Assembly: GCA_964016885.1 (NCBI GenBank)
Contig: OZ024743.1
Span: 378,634,001 to 378,698,000 of the forward strand
Source: Eledone cirrhosa
Lineage: Eukaryota
Length of the DNA stretch: 64,000 bases
Direction: 5' to 3'
The position numbers and the translations under genes were made by a program. Shown here in pieces: positions 1 through 10,603 of this stretch. The stretch's first letter is position 1. Each line of letters opens with the position of its first letter. The notes under the pieces were generated by a model. It was not told where the DNA came from and did no database searches. It saw nothing but the letters and a program-made list of their open reading frames with translations.

Positions 1-808
1 CACCCTCCCCCACTGCTGATTTTATCACCCAGGTAACGGAAGCTGTCCACTATTTCTATAGAACCCTCTGCACAATTGAAAGAGCTAGTATTTTGTGGGC
101 ACTTGCTGCTACTTATTGCACCAGAGCACCGGCCACATGTAAAATCTATGTTCTTAGTTAGCTTACTTGTGATGCCACTACATCTTTTATGCACCCATAC
201 TTTGCATTTGGGACATAAAATGGAGTTTCTACCTACGCCTTTCCTACACACTGAGCATGGCCATTTCCCGGAAAGGACCGGCGCCTTATTTTCTTTCCTA
301 CAAACTAGAACTTTTGTCTTAGCCAGGTTAATTTTAAGGCCTTTTGATTCTAGGCCGTGCTTCCATGTTTGGAATTTCTTCTCTAGCTCGGCCATTGATT
401 CAGTTATGAGCGTTAGATCATCTGCGTATAGGAGTTCCCATGGGCAGCCGGTCTTGAACTCCTCTGTTATAGCCTGAAGGGCAATAATAAATAGTAGGGG
501 GCTAAGAACAGAGCCCTGATGGACACCAACTTTTACGCTAAACTCTTCACTATATTCGTTGTTAATTCTAACCTTGCTGACTGTTTCTTTATACATGGCT
601 TGTATAGCTCTCACAAGCCATTCGTCAACACCTAGTTTTCTAAGAGCCCACCAGATAATGGAACGGGGGACTCTGTCGAAGGCTTTCTCCAAGTCGACAA
701 AAGCTAAGTATAGGGGTTTACTTTTAGCTAGGTACTTCTCCTGTAGTTGTCATACAATGAAAAGAGCGTCTGTGGTACTTTTGCCTGACACAAACCCGAA
801 CTGCATTA
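1..808 (-). mobile_element. RTE-clade LINE (subfamily B), 5'-truncated RT region with stops, running off the window start
   Basis: Minus strand reads MQFGFV..STTDALFIV, FVDLEKAFDRVP, GVHQGSVLSPLLF, ELLYADDL and WPCSVCRKGVGRNSILCPKCK. Clearly diverged in DNA from the copy at 1480-4141. Confidence 0.9.
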
Positions 809-843
809 TATATATATATGTAATATATATGTATATATATATG

Positions 844-876
<33 letters not shown>

Positions 877-920
877 GTATATATATATGTATATATATAT
901 ATATATTTATATATATATGT
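808..920. repeat. (TA)n microsatellite; similar runs at 1395-1478, 4141-4233, 4638-4676, 5040-5105, 9650-9700, 10604-10635, 20860-20890, 22762-22788
   Basis: Directly visible. These runs separate most of the retroelement insertions. Confidence 0.95.
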
Positions 921-1390
921 ATCATCATTATCATCGTTTAACATCCATATTCCACGCTTGCATGGGTTTGGATGGGAGTTTTCCCACTTGAGGCAAGAGT
1001 GGTTGTCATTGCTCGCATAGGACTGTCTGGCAGGTTTTCTACAGCTGGATGCCCTTCCTAACCCCAACCACATTTGCAGTGTGGAACTGGGAGATTTTTA
1101 CAGTGTTGCCTATACGGCCACATTACAGCATGGACTGTGTGTTTTTTTGTCGTGACACCTACACGATCTCATTTGTTTTGGGCTGGATGTTGTGGCACCA
1201 ACATAACTTTACATTGAAGGGGTGGTGTGGGTGGGGTGGGGGTAGTGGGACGAGGTGTATTTTGTTAGAGGTGCCTACAGACTGTAGTAGGTTTCACTTT
1301 GTACTTAGGCAAGGCGGGTCTTCTCTATTACTGTGTAGCGCCAAAGCTCTCGGTCCAGTGACATTGCCTTGGAGAGGTGTAAGTGTGTGA
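921..1390 (-). mobile_element. RTE LINE 3' end (end of ORF, 3' UTR, (GAT)n tail), second subfamily
   Basis: Minus strand LHLSKAMSLDRELWRYTVIEKTRLA-stop is homologous to the C-terminus of ORF 3449-3859. It is a near-identical inverted copy of 4235-4640. Flanked by (TA)n. Confidence 0.85.
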
Positions 1391-1394
1391 GGTG

Positions 1395-1431
<37 letters not shown>

Positions 1432-1443
1432 CCACGAACTACC

Positions 1444-1477
<34 letters not shown>

Positions 1478-1479
1478 CC

Positions 1480-4141
1480 ACAAGCTATCAAGCACCCATG
1501 TGAAGCCCCAATCCAGAGAGAGGAAGCCCACACACACCCCTGCAAAAATCGACCCTTCCCTATGAGTGTCGACAAATGCCCAAAACTCTGAGTTGGTACC
1601 ATCAATGTAAGCACAATGAAAGGAAGAGCAGGAGAAATTTTAGAAATGCTAGAGCGAAAGGAAATTGATGTATGCTGTGTGCAAGAGACTAGATGGAGAG
1701 GAGAGTCTGCTAGAGTCCTTGTAGGAAAAGTCAGTGCTATAACTTACTAGAGGTGACGGATGAGGTCTGTGGCTGGAGTAAGACCACAGGCAGGAGGAGA
1801 GTGACTTGGTGGTGGAACAATAAGGTAGATGAGGCAGTTAAGGCCAAGAGACAGGCATGGAAAGAATGGAAGAATGGGGGGAGCAGGGTACATTACATAG
1901 AGACCAAGAGGGAAGCTAGGCGACAAGTATACTTAGCTAGGAGCGAAGCAGAGGATAGAAAATTCAAGCATGTTTTGCAACATGAGGACTAGAACCAGGA
2001 GGTGTTCAAGATTGCGAGGCAGTGTGTCAGAGAGAGTTGTGATGTCATTGGAGAGAAGTGTATCCGGAATGATAAAGGTGAGCTTGCCCTCACAAGTGCT
2101 GAGAAGAAAGATGCATGGAAGAGTCATTATGATAGATTACTAAATGAGGAGAATGCATGGGAAGAAGAGACGCTACCCCAAGTAGACCCTATAAAGGGGC
2201 CAGCAGTACAAGTCAGCGGCAGCGTAGTAAGTAAGGCAATCAAAGATATGAAGATGGGGAAGGCAACCGGTCCATCGGGTATAGCTGCCGAGATGCTGAA
2301 GGCATCTGGGTCTGTAGGTCACGCTATAACCACACGTATTGTTAACCAGGTAATACTAAAAGGTGTCATACCAAAAGATTGGTGCAGTAGCATCATTGTG
2401 AACTGCTACAAAGGTGATGCACTAGATAGAAGAAACTATAGAGGTATAAAACTGATGGACCAGGTCATGAAAGTAACAGAAAGAGTTATAGCACAGTTGA
2501 TTAGGGACCAGGTGAAAATAGATGAGATGCAATTTGGGTTTGTACCAGGAAGAAGCACCACTGATGCCCTCTTCCTTGTGAGGCAGTTACAGGAAAAGTA
2601 CCTAGCTAAAAGTAAGCCATTCTACCTGGCATTCGTCGATCTTGAGAAAGCTTTTGACAGAGTTCCACGTGCTGTAATCTGGTGGGCTCTTAGAAAACTA
2701 GGAGTAGATGAATGGCTTGTGAAAGCTGTATTGGGGAGCAGTCAGCAAAGTTAGGATTAGCAATGAGTATAGCGAGGAATTTAGCATACAGGTCGGTGTC
2801 CACCAGGGCTCTGTTCTTAGCCCTCTCCTGTTCATCATAGTCCTGCAGGCAATAACGGAGGAGTTTAAGACCGGATGCCCATGGCAACTCCTGTATGCTG
2901 ATGACCTCGCACTTATAGCTGAATCTATGGTAGAACTAGAGAAGAAATTCCAAACTTGGAAGCAGTGACTAGAAAGAAAGGGTCTCAAAGTCAACATGAC
3001 AAAGACTAAGGTCCTTGTAAGTAGACGAGAAAACAGAACCCAGATCCCCTCAGGAAAATGGCCTTGCTCAGTATGTAGGAAAGGTGTAGGTAGGAACTCC
3101 ATTCTCTGCCCCAAATGCAAACAATGGGTACACAAGAGATGTAGCGGGATCTCAGGAAGCTTAATTAAGAATGTAAGCTTCACATGTAGCAGCTGTGCTG
3201 GGACAGCAAGCAGCAAACAGCCACAGGAAACAAGTACCACCAATCTCTGGAAGGGCTCTGTAGAAACAGTAAACAGTTTCTGCTACCTAGGTGACCAAAT
3301 TAGCAGCGGAGGTGGGTGTACAGAAAGTACAATAACTAGGGTAAGAACGGGATGGAAGAAGTTCAGGGAACTACTGCCACTGCTAGCTGCAAAAGGCTAT
3401 TCCCACAAAATGAAAGGCAGACTGTATGATGCATGTATCTGAACAGCAATGTTGCATGGTAGGGAGACCTGGGCGCTGAAGGTGGAAGACTTACGTAGAT
3501 TAGAGAGAAACGAAGCCTGCATGCTCCGATGGATGTGTAACAATAATATACGTGAACGACAAAGCATAAATGAATTGAGAGAGAGACTGAGCATAAGAGG
3601 AATCAAATGCTGTGTGCAGGAGAGGCGGTTGCGCTGGTATGGACATGTGATGCGTATGAAGGATGACAGCTGCATAAAAAGGTGCAGAACACTAGAAGTC
3701 AATGGAAACCGCGGAGTGGGGAGACCCAAGAAGACCTGGGATGAGGTGATAACAGCCGACCTTACCCAATTACACCTCTCAAAGGCAATGACACACGACC
3801 GTGACCTCTGGTGTCACGCAGTAATACAGAGTACCCGACCTCCCAGGGGTACAAGCTGAAGCCCCCACACCCTCCCACTGCAAGGTGGTCGTGGAGGTGC
3901 CATGGCAAAAAAGCACCCAGCCCACACTGTAAAGTGGACGTGTAGGCGCCACAGAAAAAGCACCCAGCACTCACTGTAAATGAGGTTGGTGTTAGGAAGG
4001 GCATCCAGCTGTAGAAATCAAGCCAAATCAGTTCCTGTATGAGCAAGACAAGGTCAGCCGACCAGACACTGCCCACAACAGGACAATCCGTCTAATCCAT
4101 GCTAGCATGGAAGAATGGACGTAAAACGGTGATGATGATGA
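1480..4141 (+). mobile_element. RTE-clade LINE (subfamily A), decayed: APE endonuclease N-terminus, internal deletion, RT, PHD-like finger, 3' UTR, (GAT)n tail
   Basis: VGTINVSTMKGR..DVCCVQETRW (APE start, ~1590-1730) jumps to TWWWNNKV. RT motifs NYRGIKL, QFGFVPGRST, FVDLEKAFDRV, YADD. C-terminal RRLRWYGHVMR..RGVGRPKKTW. In-frame stops near 1990, 2967 and 3440; frameshift near 2730. Confidence 0.93.
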
Positions 4142-4234
4142 TATATGTATATGTAGTATATATATATGTATATATATATATATGTAATATATATGTATAT
4201 ATATATGTAGTATATATATATATATGTAATATAT

Positions 4235-4640
4235 GCCTAAATACAAAGTAAAACCTACTACAGTCAGTAGGCACCTCTAAAAAAATACACCTCCGCCCCA
4301 CCACATCCACACCACCCCTACCCCATCTACACCACCCCTTTCGATGTAAAGTTATGTTGGTACCACAACATCCAGTCCGAAATGAGGTCATGTAGGTGTC
4401 ACGAAAAAAAACCCACATACAGTCCACGCTGTAATGTGGCCGTGTAGGCAACACGGTAAAAACCTCCTAGCCCCACACTGTAAATGTGGTTGGTGTTAGG
4501 AAGGGCATCCAGCTGTAGAAAACCCGCCAGACAGTCCTATGCGAGCAATGACAACCACTCTTGCCTCAAGTGGGAAAACTCCCGTCCAAACCCATGCAAG
4601 CGTGGAAGATGGACGTTAAACGATGATAATAATGATGATA
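4235..4640 (+). mobile_element. RTE LINE 3' UTR fragment (same subfamily as 921-1390) with (GAT)n tail
   Basis: Reverse complement of ~921-1312; ends ggacgttaaacgatgataataatgatga. A further copy of the tail is at 4775-4822. Confidence 0.85.
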
Positions 4641-4642
4641 TA

Positions 4643-4675
<33 letters not shown>

Positions 4676-4679
<4 letters not shown>

Positions 4680-4775
4680 CCCCTCCATCAACACCACCAC
4701 CAACAGCTCTACCATCAACACCCCCTCCACCACCACCAACAGCCCTACCACCACCCCCTCCACCAACAACAGCTC
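4676..4775. repeat. (CCA)n-rich short tandem repeat
   Basis: Repeated caccccctcca(t/c)ca.caccaccaacagc units. Source of the spurious Pro-rich and Gly-rich ORFs. Confidence 0.75.
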
Positions 4776-4879
4776 CAAACCCATGCAAGCGTGGAACATG
4801 GACGTTAAACGATGATGATGATATATATATATAAATACAGATTCCATTTGTTAATATATTCTGTGTGTGTATGTATATA

Positions 4880-4921
<42 letters not shown>

Positions 4922-5106
4922 CACATGGCTTAATGGTTAGAGCATTGGCCTTGCAATTGAAAGGCTGTGAGTTCAATTCTCAGACTTTCTCCAGTGCCTC
5001 GTTACAGAACTCCAGGATGATATCACATATATACATTGTATGTATATACATATATACGCACATATATATATATATATATATATACGGGTAAATGTATATA
5101 TATATG

Positions 5107-5412
5107 GAGGCACATGGCTTAGTGGTTAGAGCATTGGCCTTGCAATTGAAAGGTTGTGAGTTCAATTCTCAGACCGAGTGATGTGTGTGTTTCCTTGTTT
5201 ATTTCACATTGCTCCAGTTCACTCAGCTGTAGAAATGAGATGATAGGAACTGGGGTCCCTATCATTCCACTGCAAAAAAAGCACCCAGCACTCACTGTAG
5301 ATGAGGTTGGTGTTAGGAAGGGCATCCAGCTGTAGAAATCAAGCCAGAATCAGTTCCCGTCCCACCCTTGCAAGCAGGGAAAAGCGGACATAAAATGATA
5401 ATGATGATGATG
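5107..5412 (+). mobile_element. tRNA-derived SINE with RTE-derived 3' half
   Basis: Head GGCACATGGCTTAGTGGTTAGAGC (box A) ... GAGTTCAATTCTC (box B). 5272-5357 matches the RTE-A 3' UTR at ~3953-4035. (GAT)n tail. A truncated duplicate head lies at 4920-4985. Confidence 0.82.
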
Positions 5413-5429
5413 TATATGTGTGTGTGTGT

Positions 5430-6562
5430 ACGAGTATACATATTCATGTAAAAGTCAAATATTTAGACCATTTTTAAGGTGAAATTTACGGGGTCGACTA
5501 TTTGATGGATACTACTTTTGAGAGGCTTGAATTTCAAGCTAGAATCCAAAGTACCATATAAGTAGCAGAAGCCTAACTAATTTCTAAATGAATAAAAACT
5601 AAATCATATATTACCAATTCTATGTATCAAAACACACATCCTAGTAAATAAGAAAATCCATAAAGGCAGCCTCATAGCTCTTACAAATATTTACATATGG
5701 TCTTTTACTTGTATCCATCAAAATTAACAGACTATCTTAGTGCAATCAACTTAAATCTCATAATTACTTTATATGACCAATATTAGCGAGCCAGGACAAT
5801 CTAATTCAACCATTAACATAGTTTCTTGTGTTGTAATGTAAGCCAAACAAGTTTTTGTGGACAATACTGTGTACATGACCAATACCTGCTTGGCCTGTTT
5901 TACATCACAACTCACCAATAATATTATCTTCATATTCATGGTTAAAGTCACATGCATCATAGATGTGTTAAAGTCACACTCATTACAGCAGGTGTGTTAA
6001 AGTCACACTCATCATGGGAGTGTTAAAAGTCACACCCATCACAGGTGTAGTCACACTCATTGCAGATGTGTTAAAAATCACTCATCACAGGTGTGTTATG
6101 GTACAGTATATTAGTGCTGTATTTTTATTTATAATTAATTCAGTGCAACTTAAAGTTTTAACTCTAGCATTTACTATATTTTCATAGTAAAGGCTTTATC
6201 TCACATAATATGGAATCTACAAGATTCTGATGAAGTTATTTATTTTGAGAACAATACCTTAATGTCAGTATGAGTGGGTGGTTAAGGCCGGTTTGAACAG
6301 AAAGGTGAGAGAATTCTGGCTGTATATGGCCGGTTTAAATACCAAGATTGATAAAAGAAGTAGAATCACGACACCATTCTCTACCACTAACAACCATGAC
6401 AATTTTGTAACAGTTAATTCTACATACAAGATGATAGCTTGACCCACAAATGTTGACCTGTTATCCATGAAATACTAGGGTCAACTTTTATACGAAGTCT
6501 TAGCAAATTTCTAGATTTCTGCCCCAAAATAGGTGATTGACTATTACTTGAGTCTATACGGT
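5430..6562. mobile_element. Probable decayed non-autonomous pogo/Tigger-type DNA transposon
   Basis: Right end ..gactattacttgagtctatacggta resembles TACCGTATA-type TIRs followed by TA. Subterminal ggggtcgact / gggtcaactt motifs occur near both ends. The left TIR is degenerate. Confidence 0.45.
5938..6097. repeat. ~26-30 bp minisatellite (gtgttaaagtcacactcatcacagg), ~6 copies
   Basis: Directly visible imperfect tandem units. Confidence 0.8.
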
Positions 6563-6586
6563 ATATATATATACACACACACATAT

Positions 6587-6743
6587 AAAATTAGGTAGTA
6601 ACATGTGCTTATGCCGTATTTGACTACATAGAATTAGTCTGTTAGTTGGGATTTTAAAAAGCCCTCTGAATGGAAAAAAGGATGAGTATTGACTAATCCT
6701 ATTTAGTCAAATACGGCATAAGCCCATGTTACTACCTAATTTT
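6587..6743. mobile_element. MITE-like foldback element with ~53-bp inverted arms
   Basis: aaaattaggtagtaacatgtgcttatgccgtatttgactacatagaattagtc (6587-6639) pairs with gactaatcctatttagtcaaatacggcataagcccatgttactacctaatttt (6691-6743) with 3 mismatches. Confidence 0.75.
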
Positions 6744-6809
6744 CACATACGCTAGCCGTTTGTAAACAAAGCCTGCTTTGTGTCTCCCTATATATATATA
6801 CATACATTA

Positions 6810-7155
6810 TCATTATTATTGGCACCCTTCGGTCTTGAAAGACCATGAATCTGCACAAATTTTGTGTCAGCTGTGGCCGTACAGGCCCACACAGGAGTGC
6901 CAGTCCTGTATACAGCAACTGCATTTGTAGATGCTCTCCTCCGGTGCTACCGTGTTCTTTTTTCAACCACGCTTTTCCCCGGAGGCAACTTTCAGTTTCT
7001 TCTCCCCTTGCACAGTACTCGTCTCTATTGTGAGTGATCATTGGTGACCTACTCCCACCTCTGGATATCCAGATCAATTGAATTCATATTCCTCCTGCAG
7101 ACATCTTTGAAACAAAGATAAGGTCATCCTCATGTTCTTCTGCCCAGTTCCCCAC
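6810..7155 (-). mobile_element. Decayed RTE-clade LINE 3' end with C-terminal zinc-finger remnant and (AAT)n tail
   Basis: Minus strand gives GELGRRT..LCFKDVCRRNM..WE and CSCCTRDWHSCVGLYGH-like text, typical of RTE C-termini. Frameshifted. Confidence 0.6.
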
Positions 7156-7442
7156 ATAATATATATAGGCACACACAAAGCTGATTATTCCATAGACACA
7201 CGTACCTTTAAAATAATAGTCATAATCAGGGCACAGTATGTGACAAAGCTACAGTCCAACCTTGTATTATAATGCAAGTGGCTGAGCATTCCAGACACAT
7301 GTAACCTTAATGTAATTCAAGTAGAATCAGTATGATACAATATTAGACAAGGTTGGACCATTGATCTACTGGTAGCCAGTTGAATACAGATTGTCAATAA
7401 TATGACCCCTGAAGGCATGGAGAAGTGGATGTGATGATGATG

Positions 7443-7910
7443 GAATTTATTGTGTACAGTGCTCAGGTGCACTACAACTCATCAAAGATGCATGTATAGT
7501 ACATATAATAATGTACAAATGTCAGGAAAGTGATCAGTGTATGAGTCATGATATACACACAGATACATAAGTGCATGTGTATGGAGGGGAATATCAGATG
7601 TAGTGTTGGCGAATTTCAGGAAGCATGGAAGTTTTGAAGGATGCAGTGTCCCGACAGCTATCAACTGATGCTGATAGAGTTGCTGAAGTATGGAACAAAC
7701 TGAGTGTGAAAAAATGTTTCCAAAAGTCATGGGAGCTGTACTGTTTTCTGATTTTGTAAGCATGTCCACTGGTGTTAGACATATGGAATTCAAAAAGGTG
7801 CCCAGGGTTGTTGTTGAAAAGATGGTTAATAATCTTGTGGGCATCTACCAAGTCAGTTGGCAGACGTCGGAGCTTTAATGTATCATGTCCAGGGATGGAA
7901 GGTATTCATT
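7443..7910 (-). mobile_element. CR1-type LINE 3' fragment, same family as 17345-20490
   Basis: Aligns colinearly with 17350-17830 (tagtgctcaggtgcactacaactcatcaaa..; NTSGHAYKIRK..KHFFT). Flanked on both sides by (GAT)n. Confidence 0.88.
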
Positions 7911-8889
7911 TGATGATAATGATGATGATAATGATGATATTTGAAAAAAAGAAAAATCATGCGAAATAAAAAAAGATAAAGACAAAAGAGGTGAGAAAAT
8001 AGAAACCTCTGTTTATTGAAATCAACAGAATAGCAAACTATATTGGTTGGACTGCATTCATGCATCATTGGTCAACATTTATTGAGAGGGAGAATATCAT
8101 TTAAGCAATAAATCTACAAAATATATTTTGAAAATTAAACAACTTCAGCAGATTTCACTAATCTTGATTCACTGTATCAAGTGAGCAGTTTCGTGGGCTT
8201 TTTTGTTATCAATTTATCAATTTCTAAATATTGCAACATTCACAAAATATTAACATACAAATAGTATATATAAAAATAGACATTAAAAAGCTTTATTTTT
8301 TAGAAAAATCCTATTCTCGATTAAAAAACCCAAAACTATTCAGTGAAAAAGAATAGCCCACACCCGAGTGGAGGCAGAAAAGTTCTTGACTTAACCCACT
8401 TCCTAAAATTTTTCAGCAATCCTTTGTATATACAAATGTGATGCTGAAAATGAAACTGGGAGATAGATTATTCCCGTGTTCAGACACACAAAAAAATAGC
8501 TTTCTCAGAAAATAGTCAGACTTCTGTTGTTCTTCAATGCAGATATTAAAATATTAACTTAAATGAAAATTATTCTTTTATGTAACTTGTATGAATGATG
8601 AAATATCTTGTTGGATATTTCAAATACTTCCATGTTTAGAAATTACTCTATAGAATTATCAACAGGCTGGTCCTATGATTAATATAGAACTAAACATAAC
8701 TGATATACAGTGAGACCATTCCAAACTGGTTCAAGTGAATATATGAACAGATATGAACCAAAGTAAATATAACTGCCTCACACCATAAAATATTTCTTTT
8801 TAAAAAATGTTTTTATATAATACCAGGCTTTTTCCATATTCAGTTATTGAAAATTCTTTGGACTGAAAATGTGAGTAACTCTCAAGTAT

Positions 8890-9165
8890 TGGACAAGATG
8901 TGACTGGATGGCCTGATACTACAAGACATTAGAAGATAACAATTGTAATTTCTTGAACATATATTACGCTGTTCTGCTGGGATGGATTTAAAGTAACTTA
9001 TCACTAGTGCAGTGACTGAGGAGAAGACTGGACCAAGCAACAAACGAATCACTTGGTTTGATTGTGTGAAAATGGTCAGTAACAAATTTGAGCTGGAAGA
9101 TATGGATAAAGAAGGATGAAGAGGAGTTATTCATCACAAATTTGCCAACCATCAGGATGATTAAA
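8890..9165 (+). mobile_element. Old RTE/BovB-like LINE C-terminal relic
   Basis: Reads ILQDIRR*QL*FLEHILR..DG..LITSAVTEEKTGPSNKRITWFDCV, resembling the RTE motif YFGHxxR...GKRxRGRxRxxW. Confidence 0.5.
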
Positions 9166-9699
9166 CTGATTACTGCTTTATATAATGAGAAAATAAAATC
9201 ATTATTAAGTCCTCAAATATCTTAAAATAGGTTTGTTGATTTAAATATTTATAGTATCTTACTAGTGGACAGATTGTTGTGAAAATGTTCAGTAAACTAA
9301 AGTAAATACTTTAATTAGATGTGATGCAGTGCTATACAGTGGTGCATGATACTTTTTAAGAATGTCTTGCTAATGTGGTACAGGATGTTAAGTGTTAACA
9401 CCTTGTGAAACTAAATTTTGTCCAACACGTGGAAGAATGGAGATATAAAATGATTCTGCTCAGCTGTTCTTTAGTTAAGTTTATCCCTGCAAAAGAGGAT
9501 ATTTCTTCTGAACCATATTCTTGGATATGAATCTGCACATGAAGCAGGTTCTCTTATCTGTTATACATAAAGAATACTGGAATATTAGCAAAACAAAGGC
9601 ACTAATAGGATTTCTTTTCTTTTACCATAATAGAAATCTGTACACACATTATATATATGTATGTATATGTTTGTATATATATATATATATATATATATT

Positions 9700-10312
9700 A
9701 TGTCAGGTCACCAGTTGGTGCTACTGGTAACATGTATCCCAGTACAACCTGTCTCATGGTCGGGTCGTTGGCGACTAAACTGGCAACCCCACCAAGGTTT
9801 CTTGGTGAGGAGGGTGACTTTGGACATCCTGCAGGACTAAAAACAAAACCTGTCAAAGGGCAAAGGAGCTCTTAAGAGTCAATAGCCATCCAAAATCACC
9901 GGGAGAGATGACCCCTTAGCCTTTGTCAAGGCAGAATTCTAGGAGAAGGAAAACTCTGATATAACACCTGCAACCCTGATGGTATCCAATGATGTTGACT
10001 TGTTCTTCTTTTTGGTAAATATCATCTTGGTTAAGAGAGTGGGACTGGCTTTGTGCAGTGCCTTTGCTCACTATAAAAGCTTCACGGCACAGGCATTGCT
10101 TTATATCTGGAGATCTCTCTGCACTTGTCGTTATATGGTACCATGGGCCCAGCACTATGTGTCAATAATTGTCACAAGTGTAGTGTTTGTACCAGAGTTT
10201 TCAAGTCGCTGGCTGGACTAAAAAGTCACACTCGTTCAGCGCTTCGGTAGGGGTTCTCCTACATGGATATAAAGTAGTGGCCATACTCGAAAACGAGTTG
10301 GCAGCCACCATG
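9700..10312. mobile_element. Unclassified GC-richer insertion between TA runs, probably a retroelement UTR fragment
   Basis: Abrupt composition change, bounded by (TA)n at ~9670-9700 and ~10312-10328. No credible ORF. Confidence 0.35.
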
Positions 10313-10329
10313 TATATATATATATATTT

Positions 10330-10603
10330 AAAGGTTAAACAAGGTTCAATGAATAAATCAAAGAATGCGTTTTACAATAGATTGGAAGCACTCAAGAGAA
10401 ATGGTTTTCCGGAGTTATTAATATTAATTCAAAATATTACCAATGACTGGATCTTAACCATCTACTATGTCAAGGTATGTCATGCATTATCTTATTTTAT
10501 CTGATGAGGACGTACTATTGAAGTTAGCTCAGTACCTCTGAAATATGTATAATAAAATATACTTGATCACAAGAAGTTCTATTTTTGTTAATATTTTGAA
10601 TTA

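Noticed and set aside
76-1020. Plus-strand ORFs 76-477 and 559-1020 (also 2698-3243 on -, 21590-22701 on +)
   Set aside because: Antisense shadows of the RTE reverse transcriptase frames.
4484-4926. Pro-, His- and Gly-rich ORFs
   Set aside because: Translations of (CCA)n and (TA)n microsatellites plus LINE UTR.
4921-5175. tRNA genes (GGCACATGGCTTAGTGGTTAGAGC...GAGTTCAATTCTC)
   Set aside because: No complete acceptor stem or cloverleaf; the head continues into a SINE body with a LINE-derived tail.
6227-6255. Third CTGATGA possible hammerhead core
   Set aside because: No pairing stem II followed by GAAA and no stem I complement. CTGATGA at ~2898 and its reverse at ~22408 are simply YADD codons.
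8362-8460. Possible mariner-like terminal repeat (cgagtggaggcagaaaagttcttgactt)
   Set aside because: No matching second TIR or transposase remnant found; too weak to call.
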